A DNA stretch of 63,357 bases, the filler included, from Octopus bimaculoides (Eukaryota), in assembly GCF_001194135.2 (NCBI RefSeq). It is 9 parts of 9 records of this genome, joined end to end, with 100 filler letters (N's around TTAATTAATTAA, not from the genome) between each part and the next. Parts side by side here need not be neighbours in the genome. Positions count along the whole stretch, not along the records: positions 1 to 14,316 come from NC_069007.1; 8 more parts are not named here. The stretch is one strand, 5' to 3'. The translations under genes were made by a program, and so were the position numbers. The notes under the pieces were generated by a model. It made no database searches. It was not told the origin of the DNA and saw only the letters and a program-made list of their open reading frames with translations. Position 1 is the first letter of the stretch. Each line of letters begins with the position of its first letter. Shown piece by piece: positions 1 to 13,280 of this stretch.

Positions 1-574
1 GGGGTTATATATGGATAGTGATTACATCAGCTCTCAATAGAAGGAAAGCTGATGTTTTGGTCTTTGGAAGCATTTTGTCATTTTCTATACCAGCATAGTT
101 TGGACAGAGTTTACTTAGGCAGATTTTCTATGGCCAAATACCTTTCCTGTCATCAATCCACGCCTTTTCCCAAATAAGGTAAATATTGCTCCATGATCAG
201 GCATATTTTTCGCAGAAGATTGGAAATGAACGACACTGCTTGTATAACAGTGGTACTCATTTACATCTATCATGCAATGTCAAGACAAGGAGACACAAAC
301 ACACCTACATACAAATACACACACTCACATATGATGGGGTTTCTGCTACTTTCCATCTATCAAAGCCACTCACAATGATTTAGTTGGCCCAGATCTATAG
401 AAGACGACAGTTACCCAAGGTGCCACACTGAGATTGAACCAGATATCATATGGTTGTGAAGTAAACTCCTCAACTATACAATCACAGCCATGTGTTTATA
501 TACAAATGGTGGGTAACTAGGCATACATGGGCCTTACGAGGCACGTCTTAATGTGTATAAACAAGGAAAATATA

Positions 575-617
<43 letters not shown>

Positions 618-1197
618 AATGTTCCTACACATACACACATATATGTACATATAAATATATATACATATATTTATGTATAATGTTCCTATATATATATGCG
701 TGTGTGTGTATATGTGTGTGTGTATGTATGTATGTATGTATATATATATGTGTGTGTGTGTGTATGTATATATATGTGTGTGTATGTGTGTGTGTGTGTG
801 TGTGTGTGTATAACAATTAATAAGAAGAATGACCAATAAAGTGGATTCCTAATATGCTAAAGATAGACAGCAAATCGCCTTACCACAAAGAGTGTGTTCT
901 CAAGAAATCCACTTTAGTGGTCGTTCTTATTAATTGTAATGTAATTTTTAAATCCTTGGATTTTTTAAAATTGATGTTAATTGATTGATATCAATTTCTA
1001 CCCTTATTATTTAATTTCAATATATNNNNNNNNNNNNNNNNNNNNNNNNNNNNNNNNNNNNNNNNNNNNNNNNNNNNNNNNNNNNNNNNNNNNNNNNNNN
1101 NNNNNNNNNNNNNNNNNNNNNNNNNNNNNNNNNNNNNNNNNNNNNNNNNNNNNNNNNNNNNNNNNNNNNNNNNNNNNNNNNNNNNNNNNNNNNNNNN

Positions 1198-1240
<43 letters not shown>

Positions 1241-1715
1241 ATGTATGTATAAATACAATCCAGGGATCCAAGTGTAAAAAATTCAAGCAGTGGGTGGCCA
1301 GTATAGCAAACAAATATTGGACAGTATAAGATACAATAACAATTTATTAGCATTGAGAATTATACACTTTTTCCCATATTGAAGTTGCAAATATATTCGA
1401 TAAGCTGATCGTTTCTATACAGCTCACTGTTAGCAACCAATATTGCTAAAAATGCAAATAAAATTCCAAATTGAGTGAGTGAAACAGGTGAAGTGTAAAC
1501 TACATATGTTTCTAAACTAGCTTTCACTGATTATGCAAGTATTACGTAATGAATTCTTCTCAGCATAGCTAATCATCAGGCTGCATTTACCCTAAAATGT
1601 TCATTGGTTCTCCAAACTTATTTTATTTTTATTATTATTATTTTTTTTTTTTTTTTACTGTTGAATGATAGCATATGTTGCTAACATTTTACCTGTTCTA
1701 CTCCCTCAATTTGGA

Positions 1716-1756
<41 letters not shown>

Positions 1757-2592
1757 ACAAGTGTATATATATAATCTTCCTCCATATAGGAGGATGAATG
1801 ACCAAAATTGAATGGTGGGTAAAATAATAGTATTTAGTTCTGAAACTCTACATTTTAAGATCAAATTCTGCCAGATTCAGTAAAACTTTTCAGGGTTAAT
1901 AAAGTATATGCCAGACACCTTGTATATACGTCCCAACATATTTTGGCCTTGGGTCTCTCAATGTAAGAAAGACACATATAGTTGTGGGTATGTGTGTGTA
2001 GACATAGATAAACGTGCTTATAAACACCACACACTGATGTGTGGAAGTGTGTAGGGTGTATTTTGTCAAATCTATTTTCCAATTCCTTTGACATGGCAGG
2101 AGTTGACTTTATGACTCACAGCAAGACTACCTCTGACAATAAACTCCCCCCACATCAATAAGCTAGTCAGTTTGTGTATGTATGTATGTGTATATCTACA
2201 TATATATTTGTATGTGTATGTGTGTGGGTGTGTGTGCATATGCACATATGCAACTAAACATACACAGACTGAGAAATACATATATATCTTCAAGCACTTA
2301 TATAAGCAGATGAATGGAAGGATGAAAATGTACAGATACATGTGAAAATATGTGTATAAATAGATGGATTAATTGATGGATTAATTGATTGACTGATGTA
2401 TATATTACAGAAAATGAATGTTTTATAGTACCCAAGAAATAGAAACAGCTACTTAAGTTTCATGTACATGCCTCTCAATTTTAATAACCTACATGAAACT
2501 GAAATATCTGTTGCTTCCATATCCTGAGTACTGCATAAAGACCACTTCAAACTCTTATGAATCAAGTTCTTTTTACTTGTTGAAAATTGCAT

Positions 2593-2635
<43 letters not shown>

Positions 2636-2926
2636 TAGATATGTGAATATCTATGTTGTCTTTGTTAATATTTCTGACTTTCAGCAGTTGTAGTTCCCTC
2701 CCTTTAAAATGGTTTTCTTACATTCATTCCTTCCTTGTAGAAGATAGACCAAGTTAGTAGGTTGTAGATTGTTTAGATAGGTAGATAGATAAATAGTGAG
2801 GGAGGGAGGTATGTAGACAGTTGACCATATTATATATCGCAGATTGGTGCAACTCTGAAAGCAACAAACAACTGACTTTATTGGTTTAAACTTTTTACCA
2901 TTCCCAACATTGATGGTGTTAATATA

Positions 2927-3466
2927 CTGGGTTATTCAAAAAGAAAGAGTAGATTTTAAATTTATTTTTAAAACAAACGGTAAGAGACACAAATGCATTC
3001 TACATAATTCTTGATAGGGGAAGCTTTAAAGATTATTTTAAGGTAGTATGCACTCACCGTGAGCACCACGAGCACCAGTGCTTTTTCTGTGAAATTTTTA
3101 TGCCATTCGTAAATTTGCTTGTGGCGAGGTGGATTTTCATTGAATTGGCAGTGAAATTCACATTGCACTTGCACAATCGATTTGCATTTCTCAAACTGCA
3201 GCACACAAAAAGACTTTTCTTGTGGCGTCACCATTTTCTAAGGGATTACACAAATGAAAATTATACAACTTTAAATAAAATGAACAAAATGAAACATTAA
3301 TACAAAATTAAAATATTATTTTATTTAAGGCTTAATTCAATTGATTGTGTTCAGCTATAAACTTTAAAGCTTGCCCTATCAAGAAATATGTAGAATGTGT
3401 TTGTGTCTCTTACCGTTTGTTTTAAAAATAAATTTGAAATCTGCTCTTTCTTTTTGAATAACCCTA
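2927..3466 (-). mobile_element. Internally deleted Tc1/mariner-superfamily element with about 100-bp TIRs
   Basis: TA|CTGGGTTATTCAAAAAGAAAGAG... and ...CTCTTTCTTTTTGAATAACCCTA|TA, with the inverted arms extending about 100 bp. The interior encodes MVTPQEKSFCVLQFEKCKSIVQVQCEFHCQFNENPPRHKQIYEWHKNF, a DUF4817-like transposase N-terminal HTH. Confidence 0.85.
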
Positions 3467-5226
3467 TATGTAGATTTATTCATGTACAGTAGAAAATTAA
3501 GTCTTATGGAAAAGGTTTANNNNNNNNNNNNNNNNNNNNNNNNNNNNNNNNNNNNNNNNNNNNNNNNNNNNNNNNNNNNNNNNNNNNNNNNNNNNNNNNN
3601 NNNNNNNNNNNNNNNNNNNNNNNNNNNNNNNNNNNNNNNNNNNNNNNNNNNNNNNNNNNNNNNNNNNNNNNNNNNNNNNNNNNNNNNNNNNNNNNNNNNN
3701 NNNNNNNNNNNNNNNNNNNNNNNNNNNNNNNNNNNNNNNNNNNNNNNNNNNNNNNNNNNNNNNNNNNNNNNNNNNNNNNNNNNNNNNNNNNNNNNNNNNN
3801 NNNNNNNNNNNNNNNNNNNNNNNNNNNNNNNNNNNNNNNNNNNNNNNNNNNNNNNNNNNNNNNNNNNNNNNNNNNNNNNNNNNNNNNNNNNNNNNNNNNN
3901 NNNNNNNNNNNNNNNNNNNNNNNNNNNNNNNNNNNNNNNNNNNNNNNNNNNNNNNNNNNNNNNNNNNNNNNNNNNNNNNNNNNNNNNNNAAGGAAACTAG
4001 AGATGATGGTCTCTGTTGGCAGATACTATGTACAAAATCAAACAGACCTTTCTCATTAAACATTTAAACCTCAACATCTAACAGGAATTCCAGTATTACA
4101 CTAATTAGCTACAAAACAACTTCTCTGCACCTATTTTAAACCCCATAACACACACCCTTCTGCACATATCAAAACAATGTACCATTTTCCTCCATTCATG
4201 ATTAGGGTCTTGAATGGTCATAGTATTAAAACAGGGTAAAAAAATGTAAACCTTCTGGTTTTTTGTTTTTTTTTTTGTTCATACTTTATTTCTAATTTTC
4301 ATTGATGGGCACTTTCTCATTCACTTAATCGTATTAGCTTTATTAAGTAACGCCCTTCATCAGTGACCTATCATGCTAGCACAACGTTGATGAATCACCT
4401 AATCACAATAAAACAATAGTTAAAATTTAAAAAAAAAACGTTTATACTACCTCATTTAAAAAGAGGCAACGGTAGGTTCCCCACCATAGTGTATTCTGGC
4501 AAATGATTAAATAATGTGATAGATATACAATGCATCAAGTCCCGTCAATGGCTTGTTTCCCTTCAGTCTGAAATTAGTGTTTTTCTTGTAATGTCTAATA
4601 TCAAAGCCAAAGACAATTTTTTTTACACTGATTTTCACATTTGAATCTGTATTAATAATGTAAATAATATCTGGATTACCAAAGCAGTTGTAGTCCTATT
4701 TTTCTCTTCATTGTTAATAGGTTGGCTCTTAGTTTTCTTATAGTATTTTCTAATGCATCATGGGTCTGCCCCCAGCAACATTGTTGTTAAGCCTGTTGTA
4801 CTCACACTGTATGGTTCCAAAATCAGAGCTGGCTTAGAGATATTGTCAGGACATCTTGAAGTGTTTAGTGTGCTGGTCACTAATTCTTTTATAGGGCAGG
4901 GTGGGCTTCACATACTGTGATGAAGGCACCGTGTTTTCCCTCTTTTGATTGCATTTTTTTTTTTCTTGTTTTTCTTCCCAAGTTCATAATCTTGTGGCTG
5001 TGCCCCAGCAATGCCACAACTCAATGACTGGAATGAGTAAAAGACCAAATTGCTGCAAAAACACCTGTGAAGCGCATAAGTGTGTGTGTGTGTGTGTGTG
5101 TGTGTGGACTACTCTTTTCCATTACTTTGAATTTTCATGCCAGAGCAGCTTTCATCAGATGGCATATCAACAAATAACTTGAAATACGAACAGATTCTAG
5201 TGCTATAATACTGCACTCACACACAT

Positions 5227-5295
<69 letters not shown>

Positions 5296-6739
5296 TTATT
5301 GTGTGCAGACCAGTTTTATGCTGTATAGTTTGAGAATATTGGGTGAGGTAGAGGAAATGCCCAAAATAACATGGAAATGGTGGGGCTAAAAGTTGGTGGT
5401 GGATGACAGTTTTGTTTCCTTCCTTCAGTAGGTTTCAGACATCATATGCTTCCAACAACACCTACAGTGGGGACCGTGTTCCAATGTTGCTGACAACCTT
5501 TTGAATCCTTGGTCACATCTAGTCTCACACAAAACTGACTTCGTGACAGTTGCTGCTAGTGGTCTTCTCTGGTCAGACAGTCGACCCATAGAGTCATATG
5601 TTTGCCCCGTTGTTGAAATTGACTGAAGGCCAACACCATTGTCTTCCTCTACTCTCACATGCAAAGCAAAAGACTGAGACTGTTAAGAACTGTTATTCTT
5701 CATAACAATTGGACTTTACCATATTCAACATTATCACCTTCAAGTTGTTTGTTCAGAATGATTTGGCAGCTACATTGATCAGGTCATGTGACTACAGAGA
5801 GTAGAAGACATATTTTTCACTGGTTCAACTTGATGTGATGGTAGTGGATGATAAAGTAGAGGTATGTATGGACGGTCGTGGATAGTTATAGTAGTGGTGT
5901 ATAGAGATGGTAACAATATGTCTCATGCAAAGAGGACAAAGGTATGTGATGGTGATGGTATGATGTTTATAGTTACAGTAGAGGTATGTGATGGTGGTAT
6001 GAACTGTGAAAGTAATGGATACCTAGAGTAGCAGTATGTGATAATGATTTGGTACATGGGATGGTAGATGTTAATTTAAATTTAAACCAGAAAATCTGTG
6101 TAAATCAGATACATTTTATTTATTTTATCAAGATGTTACATTTTGGGGTTTTTTTTAAAGGACAAAATGTATTGATGAAATTGTTGACATATGTTAAACC
6201 AGAAATTTGATTGAACCAAATGTATTAAAGCTTATCCATGCTAAATGTGTTCTCCTCTTTTGAAATCCATATGCATTGAGCCAAGTTTAACCAGATGTCT
6301 GTGACTAGATATCTGTGACCAGATGTGTTGATCCAAATACAGGTAAAAAAAAAAACATTTTGAAACCAGGTTTTTTTTCAACTGGATATTTAATGTCTAC
6401 TTCAACCAAATCATTTAAGTTTTGTCAAATATGTTACACAAAATGTGTTAAACCACATTTTAAAAAAAGCAGATGGATTTAAAATTAGATCTTTTTATGC
6501 ATTTCAAACACGTATGGATGTGTTGCAAAAAATTTCAAAAACAAAAGAGAACAAAAAAAAAAAAATAGAAGAGATTTGTCAATTCAAGGATTTTTCTTTG
6601 TATATTTTTACAACATATCCAAAATATGTTTTTGTTTCTAAATTCAAATTTGTTTAAATTGAATAAAAGTTGAAAAGTTTAAAACAACTGTGCACTTGTA
6701 TCTTGTTATATATTCAGTGTTGTACTATTATTTCTAAGC

Positions 6740-6783
<44 letters not shown>

Positions 6784-6937
6784 NNNNNNNNNNNNNNNNN
6801 NNNNNNNNNNNNNNNNNNNNNNNNNNNNNNNNNNNNNNNNNNNNNNNNNNNNNNNNNNNNNNNNNNNNNNNNNNNNNNNNNNNNNNNNNNNNNNNNNNNN
6901 NNNNNNNNNNNNNNNNNNNNNNNNNNNNNNNNNNNNN

Positions 6938-7203
6938 AGGCTCCAATCTAAATTTGGCAGAGTTTCTACAGTTGGATGCCCTTCCTAACGTCAACCACTC
7001 AGAGAGTGTAGTAGGTGCTTTTACGTGTCAACTGCACGAAGGCCAGTCAGGCGATACTGACAACGGCCACGCTCGAAATGGTGTCTTTTATGTGCCACCC
7101 GCACAAGCCAGTCCAGGGGCACTGGCAACGATCTCGCTCGAAAATCCTACGGAGGCCAGTCAGGCGGTACTGGCAACGGCCACGCTCAAAATGGTGCATC
7201 ATG
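6938..7203 (-). mobile_element. RTE-type 3' UTR copy
   Basis: Reverse complement of the 46200-46500 tail (GGCTCCAATCT..GGCAGAGTTTCTACAG.TGGATGCCCTTCC). Confidence 0.8.
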
Positions 7204-7250
7204 TAAATATATTCCCTGTGAGGAAAATGGTACTCCATTCCAGAGAGGGT

Positions 7251-7495
7251 GGAGGCGCACGGCTTAGTGGTTAGGGTGCCAGCACCATGATCATAAGATT
7301 GTGGTTTCGATTCCTGGACTGGGCAACACGTTGTGTTCTTGAGCAAAACACTTCATTTCACATTGCTCCAGTCCACTCAGCTGGCAAAAATGAGTAACAC
7401 TGCGATGGACTGGCGTCCCGTCCAGCTGGGGAACACATACGCCATTGAAATCGGGAAACCGGGCCCATGAGCCTGGTTAGGCTTTAAAAGGGTGC
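7251..7495 (+). mobile_element. tRNA-derived SINE (second family)
   Basis: GGAGGCGCACGGCTTAGTGGTTAGGG...GGTTTCGATTCC...TTGAGCAAAACACTT, with a TTTA tail. Related partial copies at about 20815-20900, 28085-28250 and 34300-34500. Confidence 0.7.
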
Positions 7496-8409
7496 ATTTA
7501 TTTATTTAATTTTTTTTTATTCCAGAAATGACCTTTTGCCATTCATAAACATGGGTGCATATGACAGTACAGAACTATGTGATTCTTAAGCAGAAAAATT
7601 AGCCATATTGTCCTGCAACACACAAGCTGTTATATACAAAACTGAATGAACCTAACTGCAATACCGAAATAAGCAATTTTGGTATAAAAGCATTGCAAAA
7701 GGCAGATTCAAGAAGCAATATAACAATCACATTATTATGTTCCTGTAAATTGTAAAGAAGAATATCACAAAACAATCAAATAACATTTGGAAATTAAAGG
7801 ACAGTAGCACATACTTCAACATAAGGTGAATAAAATAAGAAAGTTCTAGATCAGTGGTTCCCAAACTTTTTTGGGTTGCTGCCCCCTAGCACCTCACCCC
7901 AACTAACCATCACAAACATAGACCCCTTTCTAAAGCAAATTCAAAACAACTGTATTTTACAAATAAAACATAACCTAATCAACCTGTAATTTTGTTGTTA
8001 TCACATGAATCGCCACCCCATTAGCACCCCACTTTCTTCAACGCCTCCTTGGAACTCTTTAAGTCTTGCAAGAGACAAGACTACCTCACTGGTGATGGTG
8101 CTATAAAATGCAAAGTACACTGAGTAAAATGAATGATAAACAAACAGGGAACATAAGGGTGAAAGGAGGTTTTAGACTTGCCAAAGATATGACAATCTTT
8201 CCAGGGGTGGAACCATGATAAAATGCACCCAATACACTCTATAAAGGGTAAATGTAAGGAAGGGCACTTGGCTATAGAAAACATGCCAAAGTGGAATGTC
8301 TAAGAGAAAGCATGCCAAATGGAATGTCTAGCTCCTAAACCATCTAACAGGAAAGCAACTTTGGATCAAAACTGAATCATGCCATGCCAGCCAGTATCAC
8401 CAGGTATAA

Positions 8410-8902
8410 TATCGATCATCATGATAGGCATCCGTGCCAGTGACACGTAAATGGCACCCTTGTTGGTAATATGTGAAAGGTACCCATGCCAGCGATACAT
8501 AAAAGGCACTTTTGCCACTGACACGTAAAAGGCACTCGTGCCAGTAACACGTAAAGGGCTCCAGTGCCAGTGACACGTAAAAGGCACCTGTGCTAGTGCA
8601 TGTAAAAGGCACTTGTGCCAATGATACATATAAGGCACCCGTACCACTGACATGTAAAAGGTACCAGTGCCGGTAACACGTAAAAAGCACCCTTGCTGCT
8701 GACATGTAAAAGATACCCGTGCCAGTGACATGTAAAAGGCACCCAGTACACTCTGCAGAGCGGTTGGCATTAGGAAGGGCATCCAGTTGTAGAAACCAAG
8801 CTAAAACATACTGGAACCTGGTGCAGCTCTTCTGCTTACCAGCTTCAGTCAAACCGTCTAACCCATGCCAGCATGAAAAATGGACGTTAAACGATAATGA
8901 TA
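8410..8902 (+). mobile_element. RTE-type 3' tail with an expanded tandem unit of about 30 bp
   Basis: About 10 degenerate GTGCCAGTGACACGTAAAAGGCACY units, then TAGGAAGGGCATCCAG and GGACGTTAAACGATAATGAT. Confidence 0.8.
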
Positions 8903-10032
8903 GCCTATGTTCACACATGCACATGCATAAGTCTTCTAAGTTTTCACGGGTCATGTGAAGTTTATTGAGGCAGATCTTCTACGGCTGCAATGCCCTTCCT
9001 GTCTTGACACTCATTTGTATCCAAGCAAGGTAACATTTCCTCATGACTAGACACGTTTCCACAGAATGCTGAAAATTAATGACGCCTCTTGCATGACATC
9101 GACATTTATTCATAATAATCAAAGATATCAACACACACACACACGCACGTACGCATGTATAAAACAAATTGCCTTTCAGTTCGTCTACCACATTCACTCA
9201 CGGGATGTTGGTTGGCCTAGGGCTACCGTAAATACTTGCTCAAGATACCATACTGTAACAGTGAGCTCAGAACCTTGTAGTTGAAAAACAAACTTCTTAA
9301 CCACACAGCTTTCAGTGTCAGAGAAGGAATAACAATAGAAATTCATAAATAAAATTAATGAGAGTTACTAAGACGACCACAATGTTAGTGTGAACAAAGC
9401 AGAATAGAAAAGCGGTATTTACAGTGCATGGTACAAAACATATCTGTTTCTTTTACCTTTAAATAAATGATTTAAATCAATGTCGCAGAAGTCGGCTTCG
9501 CAACAGAGGCCAGCTAACTATACAGAGAGGCAGTATCTAAATCACAAAATGATTGCAACCCCAAAACCTGCATGACCTCTACAGGTCACCAATGGAGGTG
9601 ACATCCACACACACACACACACACATATACACATCAGTTGTGGTGTGATCAACTGAGAGAGAAACTAAAGTCTATTTTCGGCAGAATCTCTTCGTAACAA
9701 CAGAAGCATCATGTGGATAATTTCGTCTGGATATGATAGCCCTTGTTGTTGCTGTTATTGTTCGTGGAGGTGAATGACGGGAGGACGGGGGGGGGTGAGG
9801 ATAACATCGGCTACAATAGCATTGTTCGTGGTGATGATAGTAGTGGTGGCGGTGGTGGTGGTGGTGGTGNNNNNNNNNNTGGATTTCGTGTTGATTCTAT
9901 GGCTGTGATTGTTACTTTTTTTCCCTTCTTTTTGTTCTTACTACCAATGTTACTGCTACAGTTGTGCTTGCGTGCTCATGTGTAACTCTACAAGTATGTC
10001 TGCACACATATATGTGCGTGTTGCTGTCTTTC

Positions 10033-10101
<69 letters not shown>

Positions 10102-10438
10102 GCTGGTGTTTATATACGTACCTAAGTATACACGTTCATATGGCTCTCTACGTGCCGGTACGAAAGTATATGATTGTATATATTTGTATAGATATGTGTA
10201 AATAATTGTGCATTTGTGTAATTATCTTGCCATGTGTTTATGTCAATGAATGGAGATATTATTAATACAAGTGTTTTATTTTCCTGTTTTTTTTTATCTT
10301 GTTTTATTTTTTGTTGGTTTCTTTTTTTAAAAGGGGAGTTACTGTGGGTACACATGCAACGATGTCTAAATATAAGAGTGTGTATAACTACAATTTGTTA
10401 TATTAAGTGTTCTGCTAAATTTACTGTAGTTGATGCTT

Positions 10439-10495
<57 letters not shown>

Positions 10496-10650
10496 ATGTT
10501 GCATTCAATGTGTGTGACCTTACATAAATCATTTCTACCCATGCTGTCTCCTATATATGTGTGTGTGTGTATGCGTCCGTGTCTGTGAGAACGTGCCTGT
10601 ATATATACATATATGCATACATACATACTCACACATTTACATATACACTT

Positions 10651-10686
<36 letters not shown>

Positions 10687-12366
10687 TACACACGCACTGT
10701 CTCTGAATATGCATAGTGTGTTTGTTTATCTATATGTATACATACATGCAAGCATATACATACACTTGCATGTGAAGAAAGGCGGGGTAAGTAAATAAAT
10801 GGGAGGAGTTACAATTACAGCAGCACCTCCCACTATTAACAATTTGTACCTATCAAACCAAGGGTTACCGCACTTTTAAACACTGGTCAAACCCCCTGTC
10901 CTTCCTCCCCTTGTACTTATCTGTGCTTCTGTTGTTAGGACACGGTGTAAGGAGAAGACGTGAGTGGGGGTGGCCATTTGCGGGACCTCCAAGACAGGTG
11001 GAGAAGAAAGGCGGAAGTTACTCTCAGACTGAAGAGTGTGGACTCTGTAAATGGTACGGCTAAGGTGGTGGTGGTAAGCCATGCAAAAGTTTACTACTAC
11101 TACTACTATCACTCGCCGCCCCCCCACCTTCTATAAACGTTGATTTGTATAGCAGTGGGGGGTGTTGGTGATGGTGGACAGTGTGGTGATGTGACAGAAC
11201 TGGTAGAGAAACAGCTTAAATTCTTTGGCACCAATTCACTGTATCCCAAGTTCAAGTCACACCAAAGTTCAGTCTTGTCATTGTCATCATTTCACAAATG
11301 ATAAAATACAAGACAGGTTTCATCATCACCATCATCATCATAATCATCATCACCCTTTAACGTCTGTTTTCCATTCCATGCTGGCATGGGTTGGACAATT
11401 TGTCCAGAGCTGGTAAGCAGGAGAGCTGCACCAGGCTGCAGTCTGATTTGGCCTGATTTCTACGGCTGGATGCCCTTCCAAACACCAACCACTTTACAGA
11501 GTGTGCTGGGTTCTCTTTAAGTGGCACCGACATGAGTGATTCTATGTCGCGCCAGCACAGGCACTGACAAGGGCACAAGGCCCATGTAGGGTGAGTCCTG
11601 ACTGCACATCATCTTGACCAAGTGTAGTGTCTGCTACAGAATTGGGTTGACCAATAACATCAGTGAAATTTATTGGATGGAAACTATGAAGAAGCCTGTC
11701 ATACACACGCAAACACATGTATGCAAGCATGGCTGTGTGATCAAGAGATTTAGTAACCAACCACCTGGTCTCAGGTTCAGGCCCACTGTGTGGCATCTTG
11801 AATGAGTGTCTTCTATTATAACACTGGGCCTACCAGGAACTTGTGAGTGAATTTGGCAGATGGAAACTAAAAGAAGCCCAATTTCTATGTGTGCGCATGT
11901 ATTACTGTCTCCTTGCTTTGACATCATCTGATAGTTGTAAACAATTGTCATCATCAGGCAAGCGGCACCCTTCACTTCCAATCTTCTGTGTAAACAGAGC
12001 CAACCATGTGAAAATATTACCTTACTTGGAAACAGGTGAGAGTTGGTGACAGGAAGGGCATCCAACCATAGAAAATCTGCTTTAAGAAATTCTGTCTGAC
12101 CCATGCAAGCATGTCAAGTAAAACTTAAACAGTGATACAACTAGAGTATTGAATGTGAGTATATGTTGGTCTGAAATTTGGGCACAAGGCCCGCAATTTC
12201 AGGGAGAAGGGGGTAAGTTGATTACATCGACCCCAGTGTTCAACTGGTACTTATTCTATCAACCTGAAAGGATGAAAGGCAAAGTTAACCTTGGTGGAAT
12301 TTGAACTCAGAACGTAAAAACAGACAAAATGCCTCATGTGTTGATGATTCTACCAGCTCACTACCT

Positions 12367-13280
12367 TCATCATCATCATCATCATCATCATTTAACGTCC
12401 ACTTTCCATGCTAGCATGGGTTGGACGATCTGACTGAGGACTGGTGGACCAGATGGCTACACCAGGCTCCAATCTGATTTGGCAGAGTTTCTACAGCTGG
12501 ATGCCCTTCCTAACGCCAACCACTCAGAGAGTGTAGTGGGTGCTTTTACATGTCACCCGCACGAAGGCCAGTCAGGCGGTACTGGCAACGGCCACGCTCA
12601 AAATGGTGCATTTCACGTGCCACCCGAACAAGAGCCAGTCCAGAGGCACTGGCAACGACTCGCTCAAAAATCCCACGAAGGCCAGCCAGGCGGCACTGGC
12701 AACGGTCATGCNNNNNNNNNNNNNNNNNNNNNNNNNNNNNNNNNNNNNNNNNNNNNNNNNNNNNNNNNNNNNNNNNNNNNNNNNNNNNNNNNNNNNNNNN
12801 NNNNNNNNNNNNNNNNNNNNNNNNNNNNNNNNNNNNNNNNNNNNNNNNNNNNNNNNNNNNNNNNNNNNNNNNNNNNNNNNNNNNNNNNNNNNNNNNNNNN
12901 NNNNNNNNNNNNNNNNNNNNNNNNNNNNNNNNNNNNNNNNNNNNNNNNNNNNNNNNNNNNNNNNNNNNNNNNNNNNNNNNNNNNNNNNNNNNNNNNNNNN
13001 NNNNNNNNNNNNNNNNNNNNNNNNNNNNNNNNNNNNNNNNNNNNNNNNNNNNNNNNNNNNNNNNNNNNNGTGTCGCCCGTATATGAGCCAGTCCAGGTGA
13101 ACCGGCAACGATCTCGCTCGAAAAGCCTACGACGGCCCCGCATAAGAGCCAGTTCTGGGGCACTGGCAACGATCTCGCTCGAAAGATTTCATGTGTTGCC
13201 CGCACATGAGCCAGTCCAGGGGCACTGGCAACGATCTCGCTCGGAAATCCTACGACGGCCCCGCATAAGAGCCAGTTCAG
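12367..13280 (-). mobile_element. RTE-type 3' tail (gap in the middle)
   Basis: (CAT)n-TTAACGTCC...GGATGCCCTTCCTAACGCC followed by tandem GAGCCAGTCCAGGGGCACTGGCAACGATCTCGCTCG units. Confidence 0.8.

Noticed and set aside
576-1313. Many ORFs of the HTHTHT, YIYIYI, CVCVCV or X-run type across the window
   Set aside because: Translations of dinucleotide microsatellites and gaps.
1861-1920. TLLTLKSFTESGRI resembling the last oxygenase exon (LLILDAKSFTELAR)
   Set aside because: No upstream GV.LS segment, no final His, an immediate stop and no good acceptor; probably chance.
8410-8740. CRISPR-like repeat array
   Set aside because: Degenerate tandem units without unique spacers, in a eukaryotic retroposon UTR.
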